Source of the DNA: Candidatus Thorarchaeota archaeon
Lineage (GTDB): Archaea; Asgardarchaeota; Thorarchaeia; Thorarchaeales; Thorarchaeaceae
DNA length: 64,000 bases
Direction of reading: 5' to 3'
Assembly (NCBI GenBank): GCA_048884965.1
Contig: JBHLQH010000010.1
Coordinates: 51,956 to 115,955, forward strand
Positions 1 to 10,372 of this stretch are shown in pieces. Position 1 is the stretch's first letter, and every line of letters starts with the position of its first letter. Position numbers and translations under genes: made by a program. The notes below the pieces were generated by a model that worked only from the letters and a program-made list of their open reading frames with translations, did no database searches and was not told where the DNA came from.

Positions 1-1275
1 AGGGACGCTTGGATTATCAGCATGACTCTCTACCAGATAGGATTCAGCGAGCCAAGGAATATCAATTCCATCAGGACCTGGTTTCAGCAAGCTATCGTAC
101 ATCATATAGAGCATCCCTTCTAGAGGATACTTTATTGGCATCATCATGAAGTTGAAGGTCTGTATATCATAGGACATCGTAGTGCGGAGTGTGCCGCCGA
201 AGGGTCCACCAAATGCAGGCAGCAACTGAGTTTTGTAGTAGCTCCACCATCCAGGCACCCCGATAGACATATCCTCGACGAACCCTACGAAGCGATCTGT
301 TCGATACGCAGAGAGAATAGTGTTCTCATAGCAGATTATCTCAGGACATTCATATACCCAGATCTTCTGCATCTCCTCAGCAGCTTCCCTTACCTCCTCA
401 TAGTCAATGGATCTCAATAGTTGGTCACGCCAAGCATCGAATGTTGCGTTATTGAATCGAGCGAAGTTCCAACCAGGAACTCTTGAGTAATCTCCCCAGT
501 AAGCATAACCCAACCAGTCGACATCCATATTCTGGAAATCTCTTCCCATAAGCACCACATCATAGTTACCGTGCCAGTAGAGTCGATTGAGATACTCATA
601 GTAATCAGAGGGCACACTCACGGCATCTATACCTATACATTTCAGAGCATCAACAGCATAGGTTCCAATCTGAGTTGCGGTGGGTATTACATGAGATATT
701 TCAATAAACAGATTGAATGCAGATCCATCAGGAGCCTCTCGCCAACCATCCTCATCGATATCAATGAAACCTGCGTCATCTAGTAGCTTCGCGGCCATCG
801 TATAATTTGCATCATAGTAGTCATACGGTAATGTCCCTTCTATAGAATAGGGATTCATCCTTGGTACACAGCTATCAAGAGGGTCTGCCATTCCGTTCCA
901 TAAGACATCAGCTATCGCACTTTTGTTGAGCGCGAATGCGAACGCTCTTCTGAAGGCAGTGATACTCAGTGGATATTTGTCTGTGTTGATAGAAAGATAT
1001 GCATAGCCATTCCTAGGGGTTCTTACCGTAGCTATGGAATCTACATCTTCAAGCTCAGGTAGGTACATTGGGTCCAGCGTAGCTCCTAGAATATCTACTT
1101 CATCATCAAGAAGTGCTTCAACCTGAATGTCGTTATCATCAAGCAATCGTGCGTGGACTTTGTCAATCCAAGGACCGGTATACGAATGGTTGACTGATGA
1201 AACACTCATAGGCAATGTGCTCAATACCATACTTGTCATGATGAAGATGACGAAATATCTTGTTCCTCGTACCAT
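1..1275 (-). CDS. ABC transporter substrate-binding protein, family 5 (OppA/DppA-like); 3' end runs off the window
   Basis: Not in the ORF track because it is truncated. Manual translation from ATG 1275 gives MVRGTRYFVIFIMTSMVLSTLP (signal-like), then QVEALLDDEVDI, RNGYAYLSINTDKYPLSITAFRRAFAFALNK and AAKLLDDAGFIDIDEDGWREAPDG, typical of SBP family 5. A G-rich RBS lies upstream. Confidence 0.88.
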   Translation of the reverse strand, partial: MVRGTRYFVIFIMTSMVLSTLPMSVSSVNHSYTGPWIDKVHARLLDDNDIQVEALLDDEVDILGATLDPMYLPELEDVDSIATVRTPRNGYAYLSINTDKYPLSITAFRRAFAFALNKSAIADVLWNGMADPLDSCVPRMNPYSIEGTLPYDYYDANYTMAAKLLDDAGFIDIDEDGWREAPDGSAFNLFIEISHVIPTATQIGTYAVDALKCIGIDAVSVPSDYYEYLNRLYWHGNYDVVLMGRDFQNMDVDWLGYAYWGDYSRVPGWNFARFNNATFDAWRDQLLRSIDYEEVREAAEEMQKIWVYECPEIICYENTILSAYRTDRFVGFVEDMSIGVPGWWSYYKTQLLPAFGGPFGGTLRTTMSYDIQTFNFMMMPIKYPLEGMLYMMYDSLLKPGPDGIDIPWLAESYLVESHADNPSVP

Positions 1276-1463
1276 GCAAGAACCCCCTAACTCCCACTAG
1301 TTGAATAGGAATATCAAAAGCGTTCTTGTGTCTTTTGATACAAATACACTCCTACAAAGAAGATCCGAAAGACCAAGAGCAAACTCCTTCGTTTTTCTTG
1401 GTGAACTGCAATTAAGAAGTGAAAGGTAATATGAGATGAGAGAATCAATCAAAAAGGATACTA

Positions 1464-2336
1464 TCAGGATTCGATCCTTCCAAGCTCGCTTTCTGGATCA
1501 ATATGCACGGTCATTATGATATGCGGAGACACTTCTCTAAGTTGCACTTCAAGAGCATCAATGATATCATGTGCATTACGTACACTCAACGAGTCCTTTA
1601 CAGTGATGTGCACATCAGCAAGTACAAGATTGCCTTGTCTACGAGTCTTTAGGTCATGAAATTCTATGAAACTAGATTTCAGAGTTTCTAGGACCTCACG
1701 AATTATCCTCTCCTCAACCTCGCAGGATTGATCCATAAGATGCCGGGCGGAGCGAATCATGAGCCCAATGCCCATGCGTGCAATTAAGGCAGCGATAACA
1801 AAGGCTACTAGAGAATCCATGATAGTCCAACCTGTCAATTGGACAATCACCAATCCGATCCAAACGCCAAGTGAGGATATCACATCAGAGAGAAGGTGCT
1901 TTGCATCGCCATCAAGAGCCATGGAGTTGCTGCTTTTCGCGATGCGCATCAAAAGGATTGAGATACACCCATTGATCGCAGTGGCGATGATTGAAATCAC
2001 GATCCCAAAGTTGAGGTCCAAAAGCAAAACCGGCTCTAAGATACGACTAGATGCAGCACCTACAATCAGCAATGCCGCGGCTAGAATAAAAATGCCTTCT
2101 AATGCGCTTGATATATCCTCTATCTTTTGATGTCCATAGTTATGCGTGTCATCAGCAGGTCGCTCAGAGATATAGACTGATGAAATCATGATTAACGACG
2201 CAATGATGTTGACAATAGATTCCAGAGCATCAGATAGCAATGCAACTGAATTGGAAATCAGATACGCCGCTATCTTGATACAGAAGACAGCAAGTCCACC
2301 AATAATCGCGATTGTTGCAGCTTGCTTTTTATTCAT
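1464..2336 (-). CDS. Cation diffusion facilitator (FieF-like) transporter
   Basis: SVALLSDALES, PADDTHNYGHQKIE and DAKHLLSD motifs; C-terminal ZT-dimer domain (VHIDP). Confidence 0.93.
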   Translation of the reverse strand: MNKKQAATIAIIGGLAVFCIKIAAYLISNSVALLSDALESIVNIIASLIMISSVYISERPADDTHNYGHQKIEDISSALEGIFILAAALLIVGAASSRILEPVLLLDLNFGIVISIIATAINGCISILLMRIAKSSNSMALDGDAKHLLSDVISSLGVWIGLVIVQLTGWTIMDSLVAFVIAALIARMGIGLMIRSARHLMDQSCEVEERIIREVLETLKSSFIEFHDLKTRRQGNLVLADVHITVKDSLSVRNAHDIIDALEVQLREVSPHIIMTVHIDPESELGRIES

Positions 2337-2398
2337 GAGCCAATCAAACGAGAGCCTGAATTATTGTCTTTTAGACGTTGTCCTAGTGTCACTGTTTC

Positions 2399-3397
2399 CT
2401 ATCTCATCTTATCGCCATGGAACATGTCAGGTTCGTATGTACGAGGCCACTCAGGCGAATTCTCTAGAATTGCCTCTATCTCGTCAAGTGTAGACTTTGA
2501 TAAATCGACATCAGAAGCTTTCACGTTCTCAGTCACGTGCTCGGGTTTCGTCGCACCGATTAGAACAGCAGAAATCTCAGATCTGCGAAGAATCCATGCC
2601 AACGCAAGCTGCGTCATAGTGATGTCCATTGAATCAGCAATTTCAGTTATCTTCATGATCTTCTGTCTGACATCCTCAGTGAGATACTTCAAGAATCCCT
2701 CACTGCGACTCCCGCGACTTCCTTCGGGGATGCCATCATTGTACTTCCCAGTAAGGATTCCTTGATAGAGTGGACTCCATACAGTGAAACCCATTCCATG
2801 GCTTTTGGCTACTGGCATTATCTCGAGCTCGATGTATCTGAACAGCATATTGTACATCGGTTGCTCTACAATTGGTCTTTGAAGATCATGCTCTTTTGCA
2901 ATCGCATTGACACGCTCAAGCTGAGCTGCTGTCCACACAGATGTTCCCCAATACCGAATCTTTCCTGAATGGACCAAATCGTCCATGGTTTCAACAGTTT
3001 CCCGTAAAGGTGTCGTTGAATCAAATCGGTGAAGATAGTAGAGATCTAGATGATCAGTGCCTAGTCGTTCAAGGGTTCCTTCAATGGCATTCATTACATT
3101 CTTTCTGCCATTTCCCCAATCAGTAATCGCATCACTCGTAGGCCAGAACACCTTGCTTGAAATCACGATATTCTTTCGGTCTATGGTCTCTTCACGAAGC
3201 CATTCTCCAATGACCCTCTCAGCGCCACCCATTGCATATATTTCCGCTGAGTCAATGAAGTTGATTCCTTCCTCTAAAGCAGCGTTCATGCACTGTTTTG
3301 CTATCGCATTATCCACCGTTCCACCATAGGTCAACCATGACCCAAGTGAAATTTCAGATATCTTTAATCCACTTTTTCCGACTCGTCTATATCTCAT
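2399..3397 (-). CDS. Aldo/keto reductase (Kv-beta-like subfamily)
   Basis: YRRVGKSGLKISEISLGSW, FIDSAEIY, LGTDHLDLYYLH and WSPLYQGILTGKY motifs. Start moved to ATG 3397, which follows a GGAG RBS. Confidence 0.93.
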   Translation of the reverse strand: MRYRRVGKSGLKISEISLGSWLTYGGTVDNAIAKQCMNAALEEGINFIDSAEIYAMGGAERVIGEWLREETIDRKNIVISSKVFWPTSDAITDWGNGRKNVMNAIEGTLERLGTDHLDLYYLHRFDSTTPLRETVETMDDLVHSGKIRYWGTSVWTAAQLERVNAIAKEHDLQRPIVEQPMYNMLFRYIELEIMPVAKSHGMGFTVWSPLYQGILTGKYNDGIPEGSRGSRSEGFLKYLTEDVRQKIMKITEIADSMDITMTQLALAWILRRSEISAVLIGATKPEHVTENVKASDVDLSKSTLDEIEAILENSPEWPRTYEPDMFHGDKMR

Positions 3398-3429
3398 GAT
3401 ATCTCCCTGTACATTGGCATCACTTAACA

Positions 3430-3439
3430 ATATATAACT
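3430..3439 (-). promoter_or_regulatory. Putative archaeal TATA box for the aldo/keto reductase gene
   Basis: Minus strand reads GTTATATA about 35 nt upstream of ATG 3397. Confidence 0.5.
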
Positions 3440-3464
3440 TCTAAGATGTGGTCAGAAAGGAATA

Positions 3465-5744
3465 TCAAATCACATTTTCGATTGAAGGAAGAATCATAGA
3501 GATCATGACTTGTATCAAATCTACGTCTGTTTGAATTTGACTTGTCAAGAGTGAGCCTTTGATTTGCTGGACAATAAGTCGAGCTACCTGGAAACCAAGG
3601 GTGGCCTCGATATAACCGATAGGGCTTGGACCAATCTTCTTACTGAACTCATCAGAATCTACCATTGAGAACGGTATCTCAATTGAAACATTCCAATATG
3701 GGGTTCCTCGATTCATCTCAGAATCTATGGAGAGGGCCAGTTCTCGTCGATACGATGGGATCTCGAGGGCAACATACAAGAGATTGAGTACTGCTCCAAA
3801 GAGGAGCTCATTGGCCATGACAAAAGATCTATTCTCCGAGGGCCTAAAACGAATAAGGGTGTCTGGTCTTCGGGCACTATGCGTCACAATGTCAAGGGCA
3901 CTAACTACGGTAGCAATGAGATTAGTTGGTTGTACTGGACGTTCAGCCCAGTTGTCGCTCTCATTCATTAGGCGAACATTCTCGATGAGTTGCTCAGTAA
4001 GAGAAACTGCGGTTCGTGCATCAGATAACAAACGTTCTTGGTCCATAGAAGTGTGATCTTTTGAAGAAAGAAGCTCGAGTGTTGTAAGGGTCATCTGGTT
4101 GTAGTTGGTGATGTCATGCATGAGAAGATCAGCATAAAGCCTAGCTCGCATATGAGATACTCCTACATCACGAGCTGCACTGATGTATAGAGCCACTAAA
4201 ATAGAAGGACCAACCAAGAGACTACCGAAGAGGAAAATCTCAGAAACCCACCAGCCTGGAGTAAAGTAATCGTAGAAACTTTTCAATGTGATAGGAACAA
4301 TCCAAGAGGCGAGGAAACCAACGACATACATCTCAAAGGAGGGCTTGCCTTTACTCAAATTGGCAAGGAGAAGCAGAAGATATGCATAACCGATGAATAC
4401 AAAGTAATTGCAGACCAACAACAATCCATTTCCTAGGAGTCCAGATTGCAATATAGGGTAAATCCTGATAATCAACTGATTTGTGACTTCTCCAATATAA
4501 ACAGCAGAAGCATAGAATATCGAATAGATGAATAGATTGAGAAATGAGAAGAAACTAGATTCCTCATTGTTCTGACCTCGAAGGCTTTTCTGAACCTTAT
4601 AGAGAAGCTGTAGCGTTAAAACCCCACCAATAAGATATGGCACGGTTGGTTCACCAGCCACTATTGTGCCAAATACAAAGAGAGAGAATGTCGATGCCAA
4701 AGTGACAGCTGACCATACTACAAAAACAAGAACCAAATAGAAATGAATCAATGAAGGTTTCAATCTCGAGTAAGCGAAGAGCAAGATAGCCATTATCGCT
4801 GATAGAATGCTAGCTCCAAAGTGAATTATCGAGTATGCAAGGAAATTCCCTACTTCGAAAGGATCTGTCAGACCAACTGATTCTATAATTGTCGTTATCA
4901 ATAGTGGTAGATACGCAGTCAAAGCTAAAGAGATGATAATAAGATAGCGCGTAAGTCTGGTGTAGGAATGTTTCCGAAGGTATGGCATGCCAAAGGTGAT
5001 GCCATAGAGAAAGAGAGCAGCTATCAGAAGATTCTCCGCGAAAATCCAAGAATCAGAGTTGGTCAGGAAAGCATTGATAGTTATTGCAGAAGCAATCGAT
5101 ATGAGGATAGATGCTCCGGTTAAATATCCTCGATCCAAGGAAAAATGATCACATCTCTTCCAGCATATAATTGGCTGAAGAAGAAAACTCCCACAGATTA
5201 TGGCAGCTAATGTTACTGGCAATACTCCATCAACAGATACAACAAGTAGAGGCTCAATGAAGAAGTAGGCAAGACCATAGAGTGATACTGGAACTGAAAG
5301 CAGGATCGAGAGGAACATCCAGGATTGCTTTCTTGTTGCAATCTCAAAACCCCTATTGCCTGATAGAAATCCTAGCAATAGAAAAATACCTGTCAAGCAT
5401 AGCTCGATCAAAGTCACGAAATGATCTTTTGGACCAACAGCCATCACCTCTTGAGACAAAATTAGGAATGCCAATGCGTGGTCTATCTTTGAGAACACAT
5501 AGAATAGAAAAGCAACTAAAAAGAAGCATCTCGATATGGATTTCCTATCTTGGGTGTTGATGAGCAGTACTACAGCAGAAATAGATGCCCAATAGGCAAG
5601 AATAGAGTGAACAGCTAGACGTGTCCGATAGGAGAGGGAAACAATTCCTGCTCCACTGAGGGCAAAATAGGTGGATATTATTGCTAGTGGTACGAGGAGG
5701 AGAACCTTGAAGATATCTCTTCTATTACCCACTAACATCTTCAA
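3465..5744 (-). CDS. Polytopic membrane protein with a C-terminal degenerate histidine kinase (HisKA plus eroded HATPase_c)
   Basis: About 14 hydrophobic segments, then H-box LYADLLMHDITNYNQ. The N-box is degenerate (NLLYVALE), there is no DxGxG, and the G2-like segment reads TLGFQVARLIVQQIKG. Confidence 0.75.
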   Translation of the reverse strand: MKMLVGNRRDIFKVLLLVPLAIISTYFALSGAGIVSLSYRTRLAVHSILAYWASISAVVLLINTQDRKSISRCFFLVAFLFYVFSKIDHALAFLILSQEVMAVGPKDHFVTLIELCLTGIFLLLGFLSGNRGFEIATRKQSWMFLSILLSVPVSLYGLAYFFIEPLLVVSVDGVLPVTLAAIICGSFLLQPIICWKRCDHFSLDRGYLTGASILISIASAITINAFLTNSDSWIFAENLLIAALFLYGITFGMPYLRKHSYTRLTRYLIIISLALTAYLPLLITTIIESVGLTDPFEVGNFLAYSIIHFGASILSAIMAILLFAYSRLKPSLIHFYLVLVFVVWSAVTLASTFSLFVFGTIVAGEPTVPYLIGGVLTLQLLYKVQKSLRGQNNEESSFFSFLNLFIYSIFYASAVYIGEVTNQLIIRIYPILQSGLLGNGLLLVCNYFVFIGYAYLLLLLANLSKGKPSFEMYVVGFLASWIVPITLKSFYDYFTPGWWVSEIFLFGSLLVGPSILVALYISAARDVGVSHMRARLYADLLMHDITNYNQMTLTTLELLSSKDHTSMDQERLLSDARTAVSLTEQLIENVRLMNESDNWAERPVQPTNLIATVVSALDIVTHSARRPDTLIRFRPSENRSFVMANELLFGAVLNLLYVALEIPSYRRELALSIDSEMNRGTPYWNVSIEIPFSMVDSDEFSKKIGPSPIGYIEATLGFQVARLIVQQIKGSLLTSQIQTDVDLIQVMISMILPSIENVI

Positions 5745-6267
5745 TCCCCTTCATGGAAATGCAAAATGAGATAAAAGCTAATCTTAGATGGTCAATTGAA
5801 TGTGCAAATCGCTTCAAAGTAGATTCTTGGAAAATCCTGCAGTTCCATTTTAGCTATCGTAACGAACAATACCGCCAATCCATACATCGAAATTCAAATA
5901 GCTAGAAGATAAGGAGAATTTTCCTTAGTCCGTCGCTTAGCGAGTCTGTTCGGAATTGATTCCTAGTTGCATAGCGGAATGGCAGTGCTCGAATATGAAA
6001 ATGCTTTTGCGTAGTTCAAGTGTTTTATTCACTAACTGAAAGAATATTTGACAGATATACTCAAGAAAAGACCATATTGATAACATTCATTTATTATATT
6101 AGGCAATGAATTTAATAATATAATCGATTAAGTAGATTTCTAACCATAAGGTATTATTTGATTTCCATTTGTAAACAAGAAATGAATATAAAGAAGGGGA
6201 GCATGCAGATGAGTTGTGCGAATGCTAGACTCAGTGGTACGTTGGGAAAGCATCGAGGAAAGATGAT

Positions 6268-7557
6268 ATGGATCCCGACTACACCAGGATATTAGAAGAA
6301 ATAAAGTCGACTCTAAGAAAGAATCCTAGGGGTATGACAATAATAGATTTGGCAAATTCGCTTGATATTAACAGAAATACTATGGCCAAATATCTAGATG
6401 TTCTTCAGATAGGTGGAAATGTTGATTCATTCAGAATTGGCCCTGCAAAGATCTACACAATATCTAATCGAGTTCCGGTTCAAGCTATGCTTAATTTGCA
6501 TGACGATGGAATCTTGCTGATTGATGGTTCAATGCATATTATATCAGTCAATGAGACCTTTTGTGAGATAGTAAATCTCAATCGGAGTGACATCATAGGT
6601 GAATCTGTTGAAGGGTGGGTCCATTTTTACGAAAATTCGCAGGAGATATTTAATGCCTTTCGAATAGCAATAGGTGGATTACCTTCAGAGATGAATGTCG
6701 ATATTGTTTCACATGATAGGAAACGTCATGTATTCTGTAAGTTTGTTCCCACAACATTTGATGATGGTTCAAAGGGAGCTACACTAATTGTGAGTGATGA
6801 AACTGAGAAATACCTTCGACAAGAGCAGATTGCCAAATCTGAGGAACGGTATCGAATACTCGTTGAGAATATCCATGATGGTATGTACATACTTCAAAAA
6901 GAATCCATTATGTTTTGCAACACCGCTTTGTGTGATATCTTGCAAATGACAAACGAGGAGATTATTGGAACCAATATTTGGGAATTCATCCATCCCGAGG
7001 ATTTAGAATGGACTACTGCAGAGTATTACAAAAGACTTGCTGGTATAGAAGGATCAAACGAATTCGTTGTTCGTCTCATTAGGAAAAATGGAGAAGTAAT
7101 TCTCGTAAGCAGTAGAACAAGTATTATCGATTATAATGGAGATACAGCTATACTGGGTATAATCAGAGACATAACTAATCAAACTAATCTGAGAACCCTT
7201 CTTATCAAATCGCATGAAATCATGCTTGATATTCTGGATCCTCTTGAAATCCCAATCTATGTCGTAGATTCCAATACCTATGAAGTGGTTTTTGCTAATC
7301 AGAAAGTCATCGAGTTAATGGGGAATGTATTAGGAAAGATGTGCTGGAAAGTATTTCATGAGAACTCAGAAGGTCCTTGCTCTGCTTGCGTACGCACAAA
7401 AGAAGCAAATCTTACACAAGAGGAGAAGTTCAGTGACATTGAAGGTTGCTCGGAGGAATATAGCACGATGGGCGGAAATAGCTACAGATTTTTCACAAAG
7501 CGAATATTGTGGAAGGATTTCAGACTATGCAGAATAACTGTCGGATATGAGAACTGA
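6268..7557 (+). CDS. Winged-HTH plus multiple PAS-domain sensory regulator
   Basis: N-terminal GMTIIDLANSLDINRNTMAKYLDVL (HTH). PAS signatures SEERYRILVENIHDGMYI, IHPED and GIIRDIT. A third PAS-like domain carries Cys residues (CWKVF..GPCSAC). Confidence 0.88.
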   Translation: MDPDYTRILEEIKSTLRKNPRGMTIIDLANSLDINRNTMAKYLDVLQIGGNVDSFRIGPAKIYTISNRVPVQAMLNLHDDGILLIDGSMHIISVNETFCEIVNLNRSDIIGESVEGWVHFYENSQEIFNAFRIAIGGLPSEMNVDIVSHDRKRHVFCKFVPTTFDDGSKGATLIVSDETEKYLRQEQIAKSEERYRILVENIHDGMYILQKESIMFCNTALCDILQMTNEEIIGTNIWEFIHPEDLEWTTAEYYKRLAGIEGSNEFVVRLIRKNGEVILVSSRTSIIDYNGDTAILGIIRDITNQTNLRTLLIKSHEIMLDILDPLEIPIYVVDSNTYEVVFANQKVIELMGNVLGKMCWKVFHENSEGPCSACVRTKEANLTQEEKFSDIEGCSEEYSTMGGNSYRFFTKRILWKDFRLCRITVGYEN

Positions 7558-7572
7558 TTTTTTTCGATTTTT
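7557..7572 (+). terminator. Oligo-T archaeal terminator-like tract
   Basis: TTTTTTT and TTTTT runs directly after the TGA stop of the HTH-PAS gene. Confidence 0.45.
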
Positions 7573-7718
7573 CGAGATATACGCACGGCAGTATAGCACG
7601 GAGCTTTTGCCATTTGCTTATGCTGAACGTATTCGCTTTGCCACCATTGCCTTATTAGTAAAATAACATCACCATAGAGAACAGGAATATGTCTACAGTA
7701 TTCCTCAAGGTGAACAAT

Positions 7719-8195
7719 ATGGAATACAAACAATTACTCGATGTTTCCAATCTCATTGTCGCATCTATAGCGAGATCGATCACCCGAATGGGACTAAGTG
7801 GTGATCTCATTATCGCTCAAGTTGCAACAGAGATGGAATCCGATGATATCCAGAAGACAATTGCTCACTCGGGACTTGAAGTGACGGGGACCGATGTGGA
7901 TAGTGTGTTGAATTCTTTTAATATGCAGATGACAAAATTGGGAGCCGTTCAGAAAATCGATATTCAGAAGACCTCTGATACTGAGGTTATAATTCGCCTC
8001 AGTGACTGCGGGCTGATTCCCGCGACACAATTGATTCGAGGGAATAATCCAACGCTAATTCCACCATGTGCTTGGATGGCCTTACTATCTTCATCAGTCG
8101 AGAAGAATACTGAGAATACCTCCGTTATATCAGCGTGCCAATGGAAAGCTGATTCAAACACATGCGAATTCACAGTCTTGATGGAGGCAAAGTAG
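7719..8195 (+). CDS. V4R / methanogen-output-domain-like small ligand-binding protein
   Basis: C-terminal IRLSDC...PPCAWMALLSSSVE...TCEFTV pattern with the three-Cys spacing of V4R/MetOD folds. AGGTGA RBS precedes ATG 7719. Confidence 0.62.
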   Translation: MEYKQLLDVSNLIVASIARSITRMGLSGDLIIAQVATEMESDDIQKTIAHSGLEVTGTDVDSVLNSFNMQMTKLGAVQKIDIQKTSDTEVIIRLSDCGLIPATQLIRGNNPTLIPPCAWMALLSSSVEKNTENTSVISACQWKADSNTCEFTVLMEAK

Positions 8196-8340
8196 TTGTC
8201 AACTTCAGACTGCAAATATGCAGGTGAAACAAATCCTCAAGGCCTGATATGGTGCGGCAAGAAGAACATCTACGTTTCTGGGAAAGAAAAGGAAACGTGT
8301 GAATATTACACAAAGGAGTGAACATAAGAAGGTGTCAGAA

Positions 8341-8703
8341 ATGAGTGCTAAAAGCAAGAAACTGAAAGATACTCTAAAAGAACTACAATCAAATAGTGAC
8401 GTTGACGGATGCGCATTGGTTAGCGACAGAGGTCAGGTGATGAGCTCTGCGCTGGCTGCAGATGTTGATGAGAAGGCTGTCGGTGCAATGGCGGCTGCTC
8501 TAGTATCAATTGGTAGCAGAGTTGGAACTGCATTGGGATCTGGTGCGCCTAAGAGTATAGTCATCGAAGGGAATGGATGCACAATTATTCTCAGGAAAAT
8601 CCGTGATACAGCTCTGATTGGCACAGCACCTGTTGATGCAAAATTAGGGCTGATTGATTTCGAGATGAGTAAAACAGCCCAGACTATAGAGGAAATTCTA
8701 TAG
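8341..8703 (+). CDS. Roadblock/LC7 (MglB-like) protein
   Basis: VDGCALVSDRGQVMSSAL, AVGAMAAALVSIG and AKLGLIDFEM motifs. Start at ATG 8341 after AGGTG. Confidence 0.92.
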   Translation: MSAKSKKLKDTLKELQSNSDVDGCALVSDRGQVMSSALAADVDEKAVGAMAAALVSIGSRVGTALGSGAPKSIVIEGNGCTIILRKIRDTALIGTAPVDAKLGLIDFEMSKTAQTIEEIL

Positions 8704-8749
8704 TTCATTCCAAACAATCCATAGACATACTTTGAGAGGGACCGTAAAG

Positions 8750-9421
8750 ATGGAAAGACATAGACTGAAAGCATATGACTACAAGGTCTTCATAACAGGA
8801 GCCTTTCAATCCGGAAAATCAACTTTGATACACACTCTCGACCCCGATACAATTTCAGTAGAACGAGACATGAAAGAAGAATATCGAGGTGAAAAAGGTA
8901 GCACAACAACAGGTTTTGACCTAGGTAGGGTAATTTGGGTTAGAAAGGAGTCACATCACACCGGCCTTATTATTCCGAAAAAGCAGTTCCAACTTGAAAA
9001 AAGTGAGTATGAAAATTGGATTGTCAAAGAGATCGAGCTGCGAGGCGTTCCTGGTCAGCTTCATTTCAGATTCATCCGCGATACCATGCGATCAAACACG
9101 AATGGAATCCTCACCATCGTTGATTCATCAGATCTGGGAATGATCGGAGATGCAACAGCGATTCTTGCTGAGAATGAAATCACCTTTGATGCAACCCCTC
9201 AGGTGGTCATTGCAAACAAGCAAGATAGAGAAGACGCTGTAGCTCCCGAAGTCGTTGCAGGATGGTTTGGAATAGAAGAAACCTTTGGAGCAATTGGTAA
9301 GGACCAAGAATCAGCTCAAGGAGCTTTAATCTCTCTTTTGAAGAAGATTGAAGCTCCTCTGCATTCATCTTCAGAAGGTACCTACACCATGAATACAATC
9401 ATAGGAGATATACTGGAATGA
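8750..9421 (+). CDS. Small GTPase, MglA/CvnD-type
   Basis: G1 GAFQSGKST, G2 STTTGFDLG, G3 GVPGQ, G4 ANKQD; flanked by roadblock genes. Confidence 0.9.
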   Translation: MERHRLKAYDYKVFITGAFQSGKSTLIHTLDPDTISVERDMKEEYRGEKGSTTTGFDLGRVIWVRKESHHTGLIIPKKQFQLEKSEYENWIVKEIELRGVPGQLHFRFIRDTMRSNTNGILTIVDSSDLGMIGDATAILAENEITFDATPQVVIANKQDREDAVAPEVVAGWFGIEETFGAIGKDQESAQGALISLLKKIEAPLHSSSEGTYTMNTIIGDILE

Positions 9422-9870
9422 ACGACGAATTTGTTATCCCACCATTGAAGATGATTAAGAGTGAAGTTGCTAATTTTGTACAACACATTCCAATATGGAC
9501 AATCACTCTCTTTACGGTAGATGGTTATGTCCTTGAACACAGATCGAATAACATGAATTTGCCTCAGGAAATCGAATTAATAATCAGCAGCATGTCTGCA
9601 GGGTTAATCACAATAGCTGAGGATATGATTCGGATGGTCGATCATAGCAAGCTGTTTAGTCAAGTTATTGTGGATTCAGAGAACGTATCGGATAATGAGA
9701 ATTTTTCCATTCTTCTTAGGCAAATAGCAGATAATATTCTATTGGCATGTGTCTTTCCCAACTCGACACATTTAGGATTAATCACATTTGAAATTCAGGA
9801 ACTGACCAATAGGATAAGAGATATTGTCAGTCAATGGGATATAAAACTGCATGAAGAAACCATGACATAA
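9418..9870 (+). CDS. Divergent roadblock/LC7-domain protein
   Basis: TLFTVDGYVL, ISSMSAGLITIAE and THLGLITFEI match the roadblock pattern. ATGA overlap with the GTPase gene. Confidence 0.75.
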   Translation: MNDEFVIPPLKMIKSEVANFVQHIPIWTITLFTVDGYVLEHRSNNMNLPQEIELIISSMSAGLITIAEDMIRMVDHSKLFSQVIVDSENVSDNENFSILLRQIADNILLACVFPNSTHLGLITFEIQELTNRIRDIVSQWDIKLHEETMT

Positions 9871-9883
9871 GGGGGCTCTCAAG

Positions 9884-10306
9884 TTGCAGGTCGGTACATT
9901 GGAAAGACTAGAGAATGTATTAAGCAGAATGAGTAACGACGGTTTCAACATTCAAGCTAGCGTTGTAATTAACGAAAGAGGACTTACAATGGCAAGTATG
10001 GCACACAGAAATTGGTCAGCTGATAAAATCGCAGCGATGGTTTCGTTAATTTCCGATGGCGCTACACGAGCATTATCCAATCTCAGTATGGGATCTCTTT
10101 CAACTATTTCAATAGCCTCGGAAAAGGCAACTCTATGGATTGCTGAGTTCGATGTGAACGAAAGACAATATAGAATAGCAATAATACTAGGTCACGGACC
10201 TCTCAGAATTAGATCATTTTGGGATAGAGTGCGGAACCGCGACTTCGTTACCACAATATTGTTGCCTTCAGCTAAGAAAATTCAGAATATACTTGGAGGA
10301 AGCTGA
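9884..10306 (+). CDS. Divergent roadblock/LC7-domain protein
   Basis: IQASVVINERGLTMAS, DKIAAMVSLI and LSMGSLSTISI motifs; TTG start after a G-rich RBS. Confidence 0.78.
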   Translation: MQVGTLERLENVLSRMSNDGFNIQASVVINERGLTMASMAHRNWSADKIAAMVSLISDGATRALSNLSMGSLSTISIASEKATLWIAEFDVNERQYRIAIILGHGPLRIRSFWDRVRNRDFVTTILLPSAKKIQNILGGS

Positions 10307-10372
10307 AACTTCCTTCGACATCTTAAATTTTCGTCAGTACAGCAATCGAAAAACCAATGATATAGATGCAAT

